NCBI GenBank assembly: GCA_030425825.1 | Contig: JAUHZY010000001.1 | Coordinates: 838,834-902,833 of the forward strand | DNA: 64,000 nt | Origin: Alphaproteobacteria bacterium | GTDB taxonomy: Bacteria > Pseudomonadota > Alphaproteobacteria > JAUHZY01 | Direction: 5' to 3' | Part shown: positions 8,723-20,325 of the stretch, one piece after another | Layout: each line of letters begins with the position of its first letter | Numbering within the stretch: the first letter of the stretch is position 1 | Made by a program: the position numbers and the translations under genes | The notes under the pieces: generated by a model | The model's database searches: none | Told to the model about the DNA's origin: nothing | The model's input: the letters and a program-made list of their open reading frames with translations, nothing else

Positions 8723-10801
8723 ATGTTTAATGAATTTAAAAAAGAAATTGAATGGGGCGGACGCACCTTAACACTTGAAACGGGCAAGGTTGCACGTCAA
8801 GCAACTGGCGCTGTCGTTGCCACTTATGGCGAAACGACTGTCCTTGCAACGGTTGTTGTTGCAAAAGAAGCTAAGCCTGATGCTGACTGGTTGCCACTAA
8901 CTGTCAACTTCCAAGAAAAACTTTATGCTGCAGGTAAAATTCCTGGTGGCTTTTTCAAGCGTGAAGGACGCCCAACAGAAAAAGAAACTCTAATCTGTCG
9001 TCTGATTGACAGGCCGATCCGTCCTCTTTTTGTTAAAGGTTTTTATAACGAAGTTCAGGTTATTATTAACGTCTTAAGCCATGATACTGAAAATGAAGCT
9101 GATATCCTTGCACTTGTTGCAACATCTGCTGCCTTGACGATTTCTGGCGTTCCATTCTTGGGTCCAGTCGGCGCTGCGAAAATTGGTTACAAAGATGGCG
9201 AGTTCATCCTAAACCCAACAATCCAGCAGGTTAAAGATTCTGAGCTTGAACTTATGCTTGCAGGAACATCTGAAGGTGTTCTTATGGTTGAATCAGAAGC
9301 AAATGAGCTTTCTGAAGAAGTGATGCTTGACGCTGTTAAATTTGGTCATGAAGCATTCCAACCTGTCATTGAGGCAATTATTGATCTTGCGGAACATTGT
9401 GCGAAAGAGCCAATGGATGCACCAGAAAAAGAAGATGGCTATGACGAACTGCATAAGAAAATCCAAGACATTGTTACTGAGCCTTTGAAAAAAGCATATA
9501 AAATTGTTGAAAAGCAAGATCGTCAAAATGCAATTTCAGAAGCAAAAGCTGCTGCTGTTGAAGCGCTTGCGAATGATGAGATTGGCGAAGCTGAAATCAT
9601 GCCTCACTTTAAAGAAATCGAAAGTGATATTGTTCGTAAGGATCTTCTAGAGAACAGCGTACGTATTGATGGCAGAAGCCCAACTCAAATTCGTCCAATT
9701 TTGTCTGAGGTCTCTTACCTTAAAAGAGCACATGGTAGCGCCCTATTTACACGTGGCGAAACACAGTCTATTGGCGTAACGACAATTGGTGATGAAAAAG
9801 AACAGCAGATGATTGACGCTATCACGGGTAAATACGATGAACGCTTTATGCTTCACTATAACTTCCCTCCTTTCTCTGTTGGTGAATGTGGCCGCACAGG
9901 TGGCGCAAGCCGTCGTGAAATTGGGCATGGTAAGCTTGCATGGCGCGCAATGAATCCTGTCTTGCCAAGCTGGGATGAATTCCCTTGTGCAATTCGCATG
10001 GTTTCAGAAGTGACTGAGTCAAACGGTTCATCTTCAATGGCAACTGTTTGTTCTGCCTCTCTCAGCATGATGGATGCGGGTATTCCTATTAAGCGTCCAG
10101 TTGCAGGTATTGCAATGGGTCTAATCAAAGAAGGAGACAAGCATCTTGTTCTTTCAGACATTCTTGGTGATGAAGATCACCTTGGTGATATGGACTTTAA
10201 GGTTGCAGGTACTGAAGAAGGTATTACGTCTCTTCAAATGGATATTAAGATTACATCCATTACGCAAGACATCATGAAAACAGCTCTTGACCAAGCAAAA
10301 GATGGGCGCCTTCATATTCTTGGTGAAATGGCAAAAACAATTACTGAGCCTCGTGAAGAAATCTCTGAACATGCGCCAAGAACTGTCTTCGTACAAATTC
10401 CACGCAGCAAGATTGCTGAAGTTATTGGAAGTGGTGGAAAAACAGTTAAAGGTATTGTTGAGAAGTCTAAGGCAAAAGTTGACATTAATGATGATGGTAA
10501 AATCAAAATCTTTGGTGCCAACAAAACGTCTGCCGAAATTGCTGTAAAAATGATTGAAGAAATCACTGTTGATCCTGAAATCGGAACAATTCATGACGGT
10601 AAAGTCATTAAGATTTTTGATTTTGGCGCGATGGTTTCTTTCTTTGGCAGCCGTGCTGGTTTGGTTCACATCAGTGAACTTGCACAAGAAAAAGTTGCTA
10701 AAGTTGAAGACGTTGTTCAAATCGATGATGAAGTCACAGTAAAAGTTGTTGGCTTTGATGATCGTGGACGCATCCAACTAAGCATCAAGCAAGCTTCTTA
10801 A
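8723..10801 (+). CDS. pnp: Polyribonucleotide nucleotidyltransferase (PNPase)
   Basis: [56 protein letters not shown] and S1 domains. Confidence 0.98.
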   Translation: MFNEFKKEIEWGGRTLTLETGKVARQATGAVVATYGETTVLATVVVAKEAKPDADWLPLTVNFQEKLYAAGKIPGGFFKREGRPTEKETLICRLIDRPIRPLFVKGFYNEVQVIINVLSHDTENEADILALVATSAALTISGVPFLGPVGAAKIGYKDGEFILNPTIQQVKDSELELMLAGTSEGVLMVESEANELSEEVMLDAVKFGHEAFQPVIEAIIDLAEHCAKEPMDAPEKEDGYDELHKKIQDIVTEPLKKAYKIVEKQDRQNAISEAKAAAVEALANDEIGEAEIMPHFKEIESDIVRKDLLENSVRIDGRSPTQIRPILSEVSYLKRAHGSALFTRGETQSIGVTTIGDEKEQQMIDAITGKYDERFMLHYNFPPFSVGECGRTGGASRREIGHGKLAWRAMNPVLPSWDEFPCAIRMVSEVTESNGSSSMATVCSASLSMMDAGIPIKRPVAGIAMGLIKEGDKHLVLSDILGDEDHLGDMDFKVAGTEEGITSLQMDIKITSITQDIMKTALDQAKDGRLHILGEMAKTITEPREEISEHAPRTVFVQIPRSKIAEVIGSGGKTVKGIVEKSKAKVDINDDGKIKIFGANKTSAEIAVKMIEEITVDPEIGTIHDGKVIKIFDFGAMVSFFGSRAGLVHISELAQEKVAKVEDVVQIDDEVTVKVVGFDDRGRIQLSIKQAS

Positions 10802-10810
10802 ATGAAGCTG

Positions 10811-10850
10811 TTTTCTAGGCCTGACACAAGCATTGTGTTGGGCCTAAAAA
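10811..10850. terminator. Hairpin terminator downstream of pnp, possibly bidirectional
   Basis: TAGGCCTGACACAA-GCA-TTGTGTTGGGCCTA. Confidence 0.6.
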
Positions 10851-10961
10851 ACCAATAAATCCAAAGAGGTTTATCAAAATAATCCCCAAGCATTACATTT
10901 AATTCATACTTCTTCTGAGAACACCATAACGCTCATATGGAAAAATAAATTATTTATTTAA

Positions 10962-11082
10962 AATCAATAACTTAAAAAGCGTGCTTGTTTTTTCAGCACA
11001 TCATAAAAATTTGAGTGTTTCTGTCATTTTTTAAGCATTTGGATGTTTTATACACAAACTTATCCACAGATTTTGTGGATGG
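10962..11082. promoter_or_regulatory. IHF site plus cluster of three DnaA boxes
   Basis: AATCAATAACTTA (WATCAANNNNTTR) at 10962-10974; TTATACACA 11048-11056, TTATCCACA 11060-11068, inverted degenerate TGTGGATGG 11074-11082. Confidence 0.65.
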
Positions 11083-11091
11083 TTTTTTATG

Positions 11092-12096
11092 CTAAACCTT
11101 AACGTGTGAACATAATATTTTATGTACAAAAAGTAAGACAAAAATAACGCTTAAAACAAACGAAATTCCAGACATAATAAACAAGCTTAAAATAGCCAAA
11201 CAAATCAGAACTATGTTACACAAAAGAATTTGACTTGAAACATAAGAGTGCCCTCTCCCCCCATCAACTGCTTTTTGATAAAAGTGTTGGCGGTGTCCTT
11301 GGAAAACATTTTCGCGGTGCCTTAAACGCGAAAACAACGTGTATCCAGAATCAAACACATAATACATTGGCAAAATTATAGCAGCCTCAACGAATCCACT
11401 ATACGCCAACAAAATCAATAACCAGGCCATCATAAAGCCTAAAGGAACAGATCCAACATCTCCTAAAAACAGTTTGGCCGGCGCCCAGTTAAAATATCCA
11501 AAGGCAAGGATTGCAGAAAAAACACTTAAATATGGTATTAAACTGCTATATGAGTACCCAGCAACAAACAGCACAACAGCTGAACCCAAAGCAATAGAAG
11601 CGGTTTCAACAACCGTTATACCATCTATACCGTCCATAAAGTTATATAAGTTAATAAACCAGACCCACCCTATTACAATGAAGGCCTTTTCTAGGTGATA
11701 AGGAAGAATATCAGGAAACACTTGCTGTCCTTTAAATCCACCAACAGCTAGGGCACATAAAATAAAGTGTGCACAAAGCCTTACTTTTGGAGAAACGCCT
11801 TCTGTATCGTCACTCCACCCAAGAACACCCAGAAGAATCACCCCACCAACTAGCATTAATAAAGGCTTTGTTTGACCGAGAGGTGAAAGATGTGCATATA
11901 AAACTAAAGAAGGTACAACGGCAAACAAAACGGCAAGACCGCCACCTCTTGGGATTGGTTTTTTATGTGAACTACGATGATTCGGAACATCGAGAACATC
12001 TTTGTGAGCAAGATATGTTTTAAGAAAATAGGTCGTACAAAAAGAAACAATGAAAACCGCTGCAAGCCACAAAAAAAGTATTAAGGGCGTAAGCAT
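11092..12096 (-). CDS. Polyprenyl-phosphate N-acetylhexosamine-1-phosphate transferase (MraY/WecA/WbpL-like)
   Basis: [49 protein letters not shown]. Confidence 0.9.
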   Translation of the reverse strand: MLTPLILFLWLAAVFIVSFCTTYFLKTYLAHKDVLDVPNHRSSHKKPIPRGGGLAVLFAVVPSLVLYAHLSPLGQTKPLLMLVGGVILLGVLGWSDDTEGVSPKVRLCAHFILCALAVGGFKGQQVFPDILPYHLEKAFIVIGWVWFINLYNFMDGIDGITVVETASIALGSAVVLFVAGYSYSSLIPYLSVFSAILAFGYFNWAPAKLFLGDVGSVPLGFMMAWLLILLAYSGFVEAAIILPMYYVFDSGYTLFSRLRHRENVFQGHRQHFYQKAVDGGRGHSYVSSQILLCNIVLICLAILSLFIMSGISFVLSVIFVLLFVHKILCSHVKV

Positions 12097-12737
12097 TTCA
12101 TATTCTCAGCATATTTTGTTGGCCCACCTTTAAAAGTGGCTGACCCCGCTACTAAAATTGAAGCCCCAGCAGCAGTAATATCTGCAGCGTTTTCTTTATT
12201 CACACCGCCATCTATCGAAATATCAATTTCAAAACCGTTCTCATCAACAATTGATTTTAGTTTTTTTATTTTTTCTAATACAGCAGGTATAAAGCTCTGG
12301 CCGCCGAAACCCGGATTCACACTCATCAACAAAACTAGATCAATATCTTCGTAAACATAATCCAGCACCTCAAGTGGTGTTGCCGGGTTCAGTGAAACAC
12401 CTGCTTTCTTGCCGAAAGACTTAATCAACTGAATAGACCTATGCAAATGTGGTCCAGATTCTGGATGCACAGTAATCATATCTGCACCAGCATCAACATA
12501 ATCAGGAATATATTGATCAACATTTTCAATCATTAAGTGCACATCAAACGGCAGATTTGTATGCGACCTTAGGGCCTTAATAACTGCAGGGCCAATTGTC
12601 AAATTGGGAACATAATGACCGTCCATCACATCCACATGAATCAAGTCTGCGCCTGCTTCGGTCACATCTTTTAATTCTTGGCCAAGTTTGGCGAAGTCCG
12701 CAGATAAAATAGAAGGTGCAATTTTTACATTTGTCAT
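12081..12737 (-). CDS. rpe: Ribulose-phosphate 3-epimerase
   Basis: [37 protein letters not shown]. Confidence 0.97.
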   Translation of the reverse strand: MTNVKIAPSILSADFAKLGQELKDVTEAGADLIHVDVMDGHYVPNLTIGPAVIKALRSHTNLPFDVHLMIENVDQYIPDYVDAGADMITVHPESGPHLHRSIQLIKSFGKKAGVSLNPATPLEVLDYVYEDIDLVLLMSVNPGFGGQSFIPAVLEKIKKLKSIVDENGFEIDISIDGGVNKENAADITAAGASILVAGSATFKGGPTKYAENMKCLRP

Positions 12738-12782
12738 AAGCCAAAGATAATCACAAAGGGAACGAACGGCAAGAAGATTTAT

Positions 12783-13532
12783 CTAAGAGCGATCTTTAAT
12801 GAGGGCTTGTGGGTTCACTTTTGGCTTTTCTGGCTCTAACGTGTGACCATTAAGCATTGCTTTCCACTCTTGCGGGCTGCGACTTTCCCAGTTACCTGTC
12901 AGCAAAGAAGGATTCTTCAATAAAGTTTTTAATGTTCCAAACCCTAGATTATTGACCATACTCATGACAGCTTGAAGATTGGGGTTCTTCCGAATATCTT
13001 CTGGCAAGGCCATATAGCTTTTTTGCATTGCCTTAGACATTTTATCGATTTGTATTTCCATTGAACCATCTGACATTTCTTTAACTTCTCGCTCTGTCAG
13101 TTTTGAAGCATACTTCTGAAGGACTTTTGATTTTTTCAGGCGCCCCTTAACGGCATCTTTATTAAAGTCACCTAGCTTTTGTGAAATATTTTGCCATTTT
13201 TCTGCCTTCATATGGAAGGAGTTGTTTTGTTGAGCCATTTGAATGATAACATCCCAGCGTCTTTTCTGATCTTCTTGGTGCTCTTTTTCTTTTTTAAGGC
13301 CGTCTAATATATCTTCAGGAATTTTATTAAAGCTTTTTAAGATACCTAGCTGTTGAACTTTTGCAAAAATATCATCCGGCATTTCCTTTAAAATATCGAT
13401 TTGATCTTTGCTTAATTCGCCTGGCGCAAAAGTTTCATTGATAACGCTCATACGTTGCTCTTGAGACAACCCACCCTCTGATTGAGATGATGATTCATTC
13501 GTTAGTTCATCTGTTGTCTCATCTTGATCCAT
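12783..13532 (-). CDS. Orphan helical protein; likely start MDQDE at 13532
   Basis: Long ORF, Lys/Glu/Gln rich, AGGT upstream of ATG; no recognised family. Confidence 0.6.
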   Translation of the reverse strand: MDQDETTDELTNESSSQSEGGLSQEQRMSVINETFAPGELSKDQIDILKEMPDDIFAKVQQLGILKSFNKIPEDILDGLKKEKEHQEDQKRRWDVIIQMAQQNNSFHMKAEKWQNISQKLGDFNKDAVKGRLKKSKVLQKYASKLTEREVKEMSDGSMEIQIDKMSKAMQKSYMALPEDIRKNPNLQAVMSMVNNLGFGTLKTLLKNPSLLTGNWESRSPQEWKAMLNGHTLEPEKPKVNPQALIKDRS

Positions 13533-13540
13533 AAAGTGAC

Positions 13541-13921
13541 CTATACTTCTTTCAAGACTGGGCTTTGAAAACACTCAATCATAAACTTCGTGTAATCACC
13601 AAGTGTTAAGTCCCCTAGGCGACTTTGTGATTTCATCGTTAAACGCTCTGCGGGTGTTTTTTTAAAATACCCCTCCCAAACTTCACACGGAAAACTTGCT
13701 GGCTCTATTCCTTGCTCTACAAGGTGCTTCACCTCTTCTTCCGTTAATTCTTTCAAAAGATCTTGGTCCAAAAAACATTCTTTCAGTGCCGCAATATCTT
13801 TAGAAGAAAGAGGATATTGCTTACATTCATTAAACCAGGCCATTACCTTCTTTATTTCGCTAGACTGTTCCTCAGATAGCTCCCAATCTTGGCTTCCTGC
13901 AACTTGCTTCAACGTTGTCAT
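13541..13921 (-). CDS. Hypothetical protein
   Basis: 126-aa ORF with RBS GGGAG directly after the HAD gene. Confidence 0.55.
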   Translation of the reverse strand: MTTLKQVAGSQDWELSEEQSSEIKKVMAWFNECKQYPLSSKDIAALKECFLDQDLLKELTEEEVKHLVEQGIEPASFPCEVWEGYFKKTPAERLTMKSQSRLGDLTLGDYTKFMIECFQSPVLKEV

Positions 13922-13933
13922 AAGTTTCTCCCT

Positions 13934-14587
13934 CTATAAACTTTTAACTTCTGGTAATTCTATAAACTCTCGCAAAGATTGCAAAATATATTTTGCTTTA
14001 AATACAGGATCTTGTGAAGGCAACTCCATACCAGGTGCCTTAACTCTAACAGCTTCACACCCAATATTGTGCGCTGTCTCCATGTCAATCACAGAGTCTC
14101 CAACATACCAAACTGAATCATCTACAATAAAATCTGTGTCTTTCAAAGCAAGATACATGGGATCAGGCTTTGGTTTATCATAGGGTGCATCTGTCGCACC
14201 AACAACTGCAGAAAAGTATTTCTCCCAACCCATTTTTTCAACTTCTTGGCGCAGGTACTTTCCTGTCTTGTTACTGACAAGCGCAACAAAAACATCCTTA
14301 TTATATAGATAATCCACAAGCTCTTGAGCGCCATCGATCAGTGTTGTTTTTTCTAAATGTATTTCGTTAAAATGACGATAGTACACATCGCGTGCCTTTT
14401 CCCAATCATCTCCAAAAATAATAGGAAACTGGTCTCGGAGGGACTTTCCTAAAATACGGCGGGATTTTTCATAAGACCAGACTTCTTGTCCCATTTCTTC
14501 TTGAGCTTTTTGAAAAGATTCAACAATGACCCCCCAGCTATCAACCAAAGTTCCATCCCAATCAAATAATATCGCCTTTAATGTCAT
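13934..14587 (-). CDS. HAD family hydrolase (phosphoglycolate phosphatase-like)
   Basis: FDWDGTL motif [19 protein letters not shown]. Confidence 0.9.
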   Translation of the reverse strand: MTLKAILFDWDGTLVDSWGVIVESFQKAQEEMGQEVWSYEKSRRILGKSLRDQFPIIFGDDWEKARDVYYRHFNEIHLEKTTLIDGAQELVDYLYNKDVFVALVSNKTGKYLRQEVEKMGWEKYFSAVVGATDAPYDKPKPDPMYLALKDTDFIVDDSVWYVGDSVIDMETAHNIGCEAVRVKAPGMELPSQDPVFKAKYILQSLREFIELPEVKSL

Positions 14588-15063
14588 GAGTCTTTATCCC
14601 CTTTTAAGATCCGCGCTTTATCTCTCTGCCAGTCACGTTCTTTTATTGTCTGTCGCTTATCATGCAACTTTTTACCTTTAGCAAGCCCTATTTGTAACTT
14701 TGCACGCCCATTACGGTCAAAGTACATACGGAGTGGAACGGCAGTCATGCCGTCTTTCTGGATTGCACTGAAAATTTTATTAAGTTCACGACGATGCAGT
14801 AGCAGCTTGCGGTGGCGCCGTGGCGCATGATTCATTTTATTAGCATTTTTATATTCTTCAATATGCGCATTAATGAGAAAAAGCTCGCTATCTTCTTCAT
14901 CGGCGTAGGATTCGTTAATACTTGCTTTACCAAGGCGTAAAGACTTCACCTCTGAACCAAAAAGTTCTATACCAGCTTCATATGTATTGAGAATTTCATA
15001 ATCAAAGCGCGCCCTTTTGTTTTGAGCGATCAAGGATTTAGAGCTGTCTTTTTTTTTTGACAT
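14584..15063 (-). CDS. smpB: SsrA-binding protein
   Basis: [41 protein letters not shown]. Confidence 0.97.
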   Translation of the reverse strand: MSKKKDSSKSLIAQNKRARFDYEILNTYEAGIELFGSEVKSLRLGKASINESYADEEDSELFLINAHIEEYKNANKMNHAPRRHRKLLLHRRELNKIFSAIQKDGMTAVPLRMYFDRNGRAKLQIGLAKGKKLHDKRQTIKERDWQRDKARILKGDKDS

Positions 15064-15064
15064 C

Positions 15065-15943
15065 TTAAATCAAACCAACTTTTTGCATGGCTTCTTGTAC
15101 TTTCCTTTTTGATGCCTCTGAAATCTCAACCAACGGTAAACGTACATTCGGATTAATCTTTTTAATCAATGACAATGCATACTTTGCAGGCGCTGGATTG
15201 GTTTCACAAAACATTGCTTCGTGTAGGGGAAGAAGCATTTCATTGATCTCAATAACGCGGTCTAAATTACCTTGCGTCCAAGAGTTGTGAAGATCAGCAC
15301 AAAGTTTCGGTGCAACATTAGCGGTCACAGAAATACACCCAACACCACCTTGACTTAAGAACGGAACAATCGTTGTGTCCTCGCCAGAAAGCTGGAAAAA
15401 GTTATCTCCCAGGGCACATTTTGTTCTTAGTGGCTGCTCTAAATCGCCTGTCGCATCTTTGATGCCAACAACATGAGGCAAGCCAGCAATTCTTTCGATT
15501 GTATCGTCTGACATTCTAATGACAGAGCGCCCTGGAATATTATAAAGAATGATTGGAATTTCAACGCTGTCATGAACGGCTTTAAAATGTTGATACAATC
15601 CCTCAGCATTCGGCTTGTTATAATATGGCGTGACCAGCAAAACAGCATTGGCACCAGCATCTTTCGCAATTTGCGTTAATTGAATTGTTTTTGCCGTTGA
15701 GTTAGAGCCGGCACCAGCCATTACCGGAATACGCCCTGCAGAAGCTTCCACAGCAATTTCAATCAGCCTTTTTTGCTCTGACTCACTAATCGTTGGCGAT
15801 TCACCTGTCGTACCGCAAGGCACCAAACCATGTGTTCCTTGCTCAACATGCCACTCAACCATTTCTGCAAATGATGTTTCATCAATTTTCTCACCACCAT
15901 TCTTAAATGGTGTAACAAGCGCAACGTAAGATCCTTTAAACAT
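15065..15943 (-). CDS. dapA: 4-hydroxy-tetrahydrodipicolinate synthase
   Basis: [33 protein letters not shown]. Confidence 0.96.
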   Translation of the reverse strand: MFKGSYVALVTPFKNGGEKIDETSFAEMVEWHVEQGTHGLVPCGTTGESPTISESEQKRLIEIAVEASAGRIPVMAGAGSNSTAKTIQLTQIAKDAGANAVLLVTPYYNKPNAEGLYQHFKAVHDSVEIPIILYNIPGRSVIRMSDDTIERIAGLPHVVGIKDATGDLEQPLRTKCALGDNFFQLSGEDTTIVPFLSQGGVGCISVTANVAPKLCADLHNSWTQGNLDRVIEINEMLLPLHEAMFCETNPAPAKYALSLIKKINPNVRLPLVEISEASKRKVQEAMQKVGLI

Positions 15944-15947
15944 TTTT

Positions 15948-18900
15948 CTATCCAAAATAATCTGTTATATTTTCAACCTCAGGAATATTCAGCATATCCT
16001 GTCTAAAGTGTGCAGACAATGGATATGTTTTCTTCAAATTAATTTCAATCGTCTTACCCATTAACTCAACAACAAGTCGGACACGACCTTTTTTTCCTGT
16101 TTTTTGTGAGGCAATCGCTGTCTTTATCTCCTCAAGATCTACCTTTTCAGTAATATGAATACTAAAACCATTAATACTGCGTAAAGCAACCTTATCAAGC
16201 GGCTCTACTGTATGTGCTGTCAGCCTTAAGTTATCTCCCTCTATACTCCCATCAACAGTTAGGTAAACAGCTTTTCCTGGCTCAAGGTATTCTCTTGCGG
16301 AGGCCAGGGTTTCAGAAAACATTGTGACCTCATATGTTGCTGTTTGGTCTGACAAGGTTACAAATGCATACTTTGAACCACGTGCAGAAATACGCTCCTT
16401 TTTTGACGTAACGATGCCAGCAAGCCTCAAATGACCTTTTACATGTTTAAGGTTTTCAGCAATAACGGCTGCAGGAATAATTCCTAATTGCGACAAAGTA
16501 TCACCGTAGCTTGTCAAAGGGTGTGCTGACAGGTAAAAACCAACAGCATCAAATTCCATTCCTAACTTTTCGACAAGAGGCCACTCTTTTCTAGGTGGTA
16601 ATTCAATATTATCTTGCCCAAACTCTTCACCACCAAACATATTTTCCTGTGATGAGTGCTTGTCCTGGTAAATTGTTTGAGCATGCATGATCAGCTTATC
16701 AATATTGTCATAAACCTCTGCTCTGTTAGGATAAATCGAATCAAAAGCACCCGCTGAAACAAGATACTCTAGCTGTCTTTTATTCATCGTTTTAGGATCA
16801 ACACGTTTAACAAAATCACTCAAGTCTTTGAATTTTCCGTTTTCTTGGCGCTCTTTCACCAAAAGCTCCATTGCCTGCTCACCAACGTTTTTAAGCGCAC
16901 ACAAAGCATATCTCACAGCCAACTTTTCTTCATATTCTTCCACCGAAAAAACAACATCTGACGCATTGATATCTGGTGGCAGCAATTCAATACCAAGCCT
17001 TTCAAGCTCTTGCTTAAAAAGGCCAAGCTTGTCTGTGTTCCCCATATCATACGTCATACACGCCGCCAAAAATGCAACAGGATAATTTGCTTTTAGATAC
17101 GCCGTTTGATAGGCAATCAACGCATAAGCAGCCGCATGTGACTTATTAAAACCATACCCTGCAAACTTATTTACTTGATCAAAAATATGATTTGCCTGAT
17201 CGCTAGGAACATCTTTTTTTGCAGCACCTTCAATAAAGATTTTTCTTTGTGCATCCATTTCTTCTTTGATCTTTTTACCCATTGCGCGACGCAACAAATC
17301 AGCGCCCCCCAACGAATAGCCTGATAAGACCTGTGCAATTTCCATGACTTGCTCTTGATAAACCATAATACCAAATGTTTCTTCTAATATTGGCTTCAAA
17401 GATTCATGAAGATAATCTGGTTTTTCTTCACCTTTTTTTACTGCGATAAAATGTGGGATATTATCCATTGGTCCAGGACGGTATAAGGCAACCAAGGCAA
17501 TAATTTCTTCAAATCGATCTGGTTCTAATTTTTTAACGACATCCCTCATACCCGAGCTCTCAAGCTGAAAAACGCCTGTCGTTTCGCCACGCGAAAGCAT
17601 TTTATATGTTTTTTCGTCATCAATTGGAAGCGTTGCTAGATCGACCTCAACCCCCCTCACCTTGCCAACCAAGTCACACGCCGTAGCAAGAATTGTCAAT
17701 GTCTTCAGTCCCAAAAAGTCGAACTTCACGAGACCCGCTGCTTCTGCATATTTCATATTAAACTGTGTGATCGGCATATCAGAACGCGGATCACGATACA
17801 AAGGAGCCACCTCATAAAGGGGTCTATCACCAATAACCACACCAGCAGCATGCGTAGATGCATGGCGGTATAAGCCTTCAAGCTTCAATGCAATGTCAAG
17901 CAAGCGGCGAACTGTTTCATCGTCACGCGCTTGATCACTTAGCTCTCGTTCAGTCTTGATGGCTTCATTCAAAGACATTGGGTTTGCTGGATTGTTTGGC
18001 ACAAGCTTACAGATACGATCTACTTGGCCATATGGCATCCCCAGCACACGACCAACATCACGCAAAGCCGCACGTGCCTGCAACTTACCAAATGTAATGA
18101 TTTGCGCCACGTGATCACGACCATATTTCTTCTGCACATAGCGAATAACTTCATCACGGCGATCCTGGCAGAAATCAATATCAAAGTCAGGCATAGAAAC
18201 ACGCTCGGGATTCAAGAAACGCTCAAAAAGCAATCCCCAGCGCAAAGGGTCTAGGTCTGTAATTTTCAATGCCCATGCAACAACTGAACCAGCACCTGAA
18301 CCACGGCCAGGGCCAACGGGAATGTCATTATTTTTTGCCCATTTAATAAAATCAGAAACAATGAGAAAATAACCAGGGAACCCCATTTGCTGGATCGTTT
18401 TAAGCTCATGCTCTAAGCGATCTTTGTAAGCCTGCTGACTATCTTCAGCTATTTTTTCTTGCAAAAATCTTTCTTCCAGCCCTTCATGCGACCAATATGC
18501 AAGCTCGTCCGCTTGGGTACGCCCCCCTTCAGTCTCAAAATCTGGCAACATAGGTGCATGTTTTTCTGGGAAAAAGTGACAGCGCTTCGCGATTTCTACT
18601 GTATTTTGAATTGCTTCGGGAAGATCTTTAAACAGCTCAATCATTTGCCGTTGATCTTTGAAATAATGGTGTGATGTTAATCGTTTACGCTTTTGATCTG
18701 CAAGTGTCGTTCCTTGTGCAATGCACATTAAAACTTCATGCGCTTCGTGCATTGACTGGCTACCAAAATACACGTCATTCGTTGCGACAAGGGGCAAATT
18801 ATGCGCGTATGCCAGCTCTATCATTTCTTTTTCTATTTTGTCTTGGGCAGATGTATGGTGACGCATAATCTCGACATAAAGGCGTCCGTCAAAAATATTC

Positions 18901-19361
18901 TTAAGTGTAAGAAGAATCTGTTCGGCCTTATCTTTTTGTCCATGAGACAAATAATGCCCCATAGGACCAATCTCTCCACTGGTTAGAAAGAGCAGACCAG
19001 CACTGTGTGACTTTAACGTATCCAGCGTCACACTGATCTCAACAAGTGTTTCGTCCATATATGCGTCTGAAATCATTTTTAGAAGATTTTTATACCCAAC
19101 TTCATCTTGCACCAGTAAAAGAATCGGAACATATGTTTCTTTTTCTATTTCAAGCTGTATCTGGGAACCAATGATAGGTTGAACCCCTCTAGCTTGAGCA
19201 GCGACAGAGAATTCTAGCGCACCGAAAAGGTTATTATTATCACTAACCCCAACAGCAGGCATTTTATTTTTTGCAGCCATTGAAACGACTTGCGCTGGAT
19301 GTAAAGCGCCTTGCGACAATGAATAAGATGAGTGCACACGAAGATGTATAAACTGGGCCAT
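15948..19361 (-). CDS. dnaE: DNA polymerase III alpha subunit
   Basis: HLRVHSSYSL PHP domain, GPGRGSGAGS, PDFDIDF, KFDFLGL, GYGFNKSHA; normal length, no intein. Confidence 0.98.
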   Translation of the reverse strand: MAQFIHLRVHSSYSLSQGALHPAQVVSMAAKNKMPAVGVSDNNNLFGALEFSVAAQARGVQPIIGSQIQLEIEKETYVPILLLVQDEVGYKNLLKMISDAYMDETLVEISVTLDTLKSHSAGLLFLTSGEIGPMGHYLSHGQKDKAEQILLTLKNIFDGRLYVEIMRHHTSAQDKIEKEMIELAYAHNLPLVATNDVYFGSQSMHEAHEVLMCIAQGTTLADQKRKRLTSHHYFKDQRQMIELFKDLPEAIQNTVEIAKRCHFFPEKHAPMLPDFETEGGRTQADELAYWSHEGLEERFLQEKIAEDSQQAYKDRLEHELKTIQQMGFPGYFLIVSDFIKWAKNNDIPVGPGRGSGAGSVVAWALKITDLDPLRWGLLFERFLNPERVSMPDFDIDFCQDRRDEVIRYVQKKYGRDHVAQIITFGKLQARAALRDVGRVLGMPYGQVDRICKLVPNNPANPMSLNEAIKTERELSDQARDDETVRRLLDIALKLEGLYRHASTHAAGVVIGDRPLYEVAPLYRDPRSDMPITQFNMKYAEAAGLVKFDFLGLKTLTILATACDLVGKVRGVEVDLATLPIDDEKTYKMLSRGETTGVFQLESSGMRDVVKKLEPDRFEEIIALVALYRPGPMDNIPHFIAVKKGEEKPDYLHESLKPILEETFGIMVYQEQVMEIAQVLSGYSLGGADLLRRAMGKKIKEEMDAQRKIFIEGAAKKDVPSDQANHIFDQVNKFAGYGFNKSHAAAYALIAYQTAYLKANYPVAFLAACMTYDMGNTDKLGLFKQELERLGIELLPPDINASDVVFSVEEYEEKLAVRYALCALKNVGEQAMELLVKERQENGKFKDLSDFVKRVDPKTMNKRQLEYLVSAGAFDSIYPNRAEVYDNIDKLIMHAQTIYQDKHSSQENMFGGEEFGQDNIELPPRKEWPLVEKLGMEFDAVGFYLSAHPLTSYGDTLSQLGIIPAAVIAENLKHVKGHLRLAGIVTSKKERISARGSKYAFVTLSDQTATYEVTMFSETLASAREYLEPGKAVYLTVDGSIEGDNLRLTAHTVEPLDKVALRSINGFSIHITEKVDLEEIKTAIASQKTGKKGRVRLVVELMGKTIEINLKKTYPLSAHFRQDMLNIPEVENITDYFG

Positions 19362-19419
19362 GGAAGCATTTTAATGATTTTGACCCATTTGGGAAGATGT
19401 ATTTACTGAATCAGAACAT

Positions 19420-19446
19420 AAAAAAAGGGGCCGAAAATTCGACCCC
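19420..19446 (-). terminator. Rho-independent terminator of the orphan 20094-19473 unit
   Basis: Minus strand GGGGTCGAA-TT-TTCGGCCCC followed by T7. Confidence 0.75.
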
Positions 19447-19472
19447 AAGTTGCCCATAAACTTTTAAGATGA

Positions 19473-19610
19473 TCAGCGTCCTTGATCTGAAACAAATTTT
19501 GCCTGCCTTAAGCTATCATTGTTTTGGCGTTCGTAATCACCAATACTATTAAATGCCTCTGCAAAGCCTTGAATCGTCGTTTTCTCTGTGTCATTTGGAG
19601 AAATAATCAT
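19473..19610 (-). CDS. Small 45-aa protein absent from the ORF track (MIISPNDTEKTTIQGFAEAFNSIGDYERQNNDSLRQAKFVSDQGR)
   Basis: ATG 1 nt after the upstream TAA, RBS GGAGGT, ends just before a terminator. Confidence 0.6.
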   Translation of the reverse strand: MIISPNDTEKTTIQGFAEAFNSIGDYERQNNDSLRQAKFVSDQGR

Positions 19611-19611
19611 A

Positions 19612-20094
19612 TTAAACCTCCACCGCTATTTGTGGGAAACAGTCATTAGCTTCTGCCAGCAGATGAACAAACTGCCTAACATCTTGTGGCGTTGCTTTTT
19701 TCTTTGCTGAACGCCTCAAAGCTTTCTTCAGTCTTTCAAAAAGACCGCTATCTGCATCACGCAAGTCTCTCAAAAATGCTTTTAATGGTTTTGCAGCAAC
19801 TTCTTTGTGCAATCTAGCTTTAATGCTTTTTTCGGCAACCATACGCTGCATAAGCGGCATCGCTATTAACTCTTTATACTTCGTTTGATAGAAAGCATAT
19901 AAGTCATCAATTTTTGTGACATCAATGTTTGTGACAATACCTGCACGCACAACATCCTCGGCAAGTCTCACAAAAGCTTCTCTATCTTGAAGCGTGCTTT
20001 CAAACTCTTTTTGGAATTCTGCGTAAAGAAGTGGCCAACGCACACTGAGTTCTAGAAATGGGTTTACTTGGTTTATCTCTTTTTTTACTGCCAT
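19612..20094 (-). CDS. Hypothetical protein
   Basis: 160-aa ORF with strong RBS AAGGAGG. Confidence 0.65.
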   Translation of the reverse strand: MAVKKEINQVNPFLELSVRWPLLYAEFQKEFESTLQDREAFVRLAEDVVRAGIVTNIDVTKIDDLYAFYQTKYKELIAMPLMQRMVAEKSIKARLHKEVAAKPLKAFLRDLRDADSGLFERLKKALRRSAKKKATPQDVRQFVHLLAEANDCFPQIAVEV

Positions 20095-20277
20095 CGTCCC
20101 CTCCTTTTTAGTAAGGTTCTAAGCATTTTTTAAGGTGCCCTCGGCGAGAGAATCTTGGTTTTGGAACTGCCTCAAAAACTACCCTTAAGCTTGTCGCTAT
20201 TGGTGTTTCGTTGCTTCCTCTTCCTTCTTCCATCCCCGAGGGGAAATCGTACTGGGCAAATATTTCTTACAAGGATA

Positions 20278-20306
20278 AGTATATCAGGTTTTGGGGCAAA
20301 AGACAA
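20278..20306 (-). promoter_or_regulatory. Sigma-70-type promoter giving a ~175-nt leader before the 20094 ORF
   Basis: TTGTCT-17bp-TATACT on the minus strand. Confidence 0.55.
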
Positions 20307-20325
20307 TGGGTCGGAAAAGTGAAGC

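Noticed and set aside
10154..10777. 207-aa minus-strand ORF
   Set aside because: Antisense shadow of pnp caused by codon bias
10802..11091. Replication origin (oriC)
   Set aside because: No visible strand-skew switch and none of the usual origin-flanking genes; kept only as a DARS/datA-like candidate
12783..13921. Single frameshifted gene spanning two overlapping orphan ORFs
   Set aside because: The downstream ORF has an in-frame TGA just before its GTG and a plausible own ATG at 13532, which removes the overlap
14584..15063. tmRNA gene adjacent to smpB
   Set aside because: Flanks are fully occupied by dapA and the HAD gene; no tRNA-like ssrA ends seen
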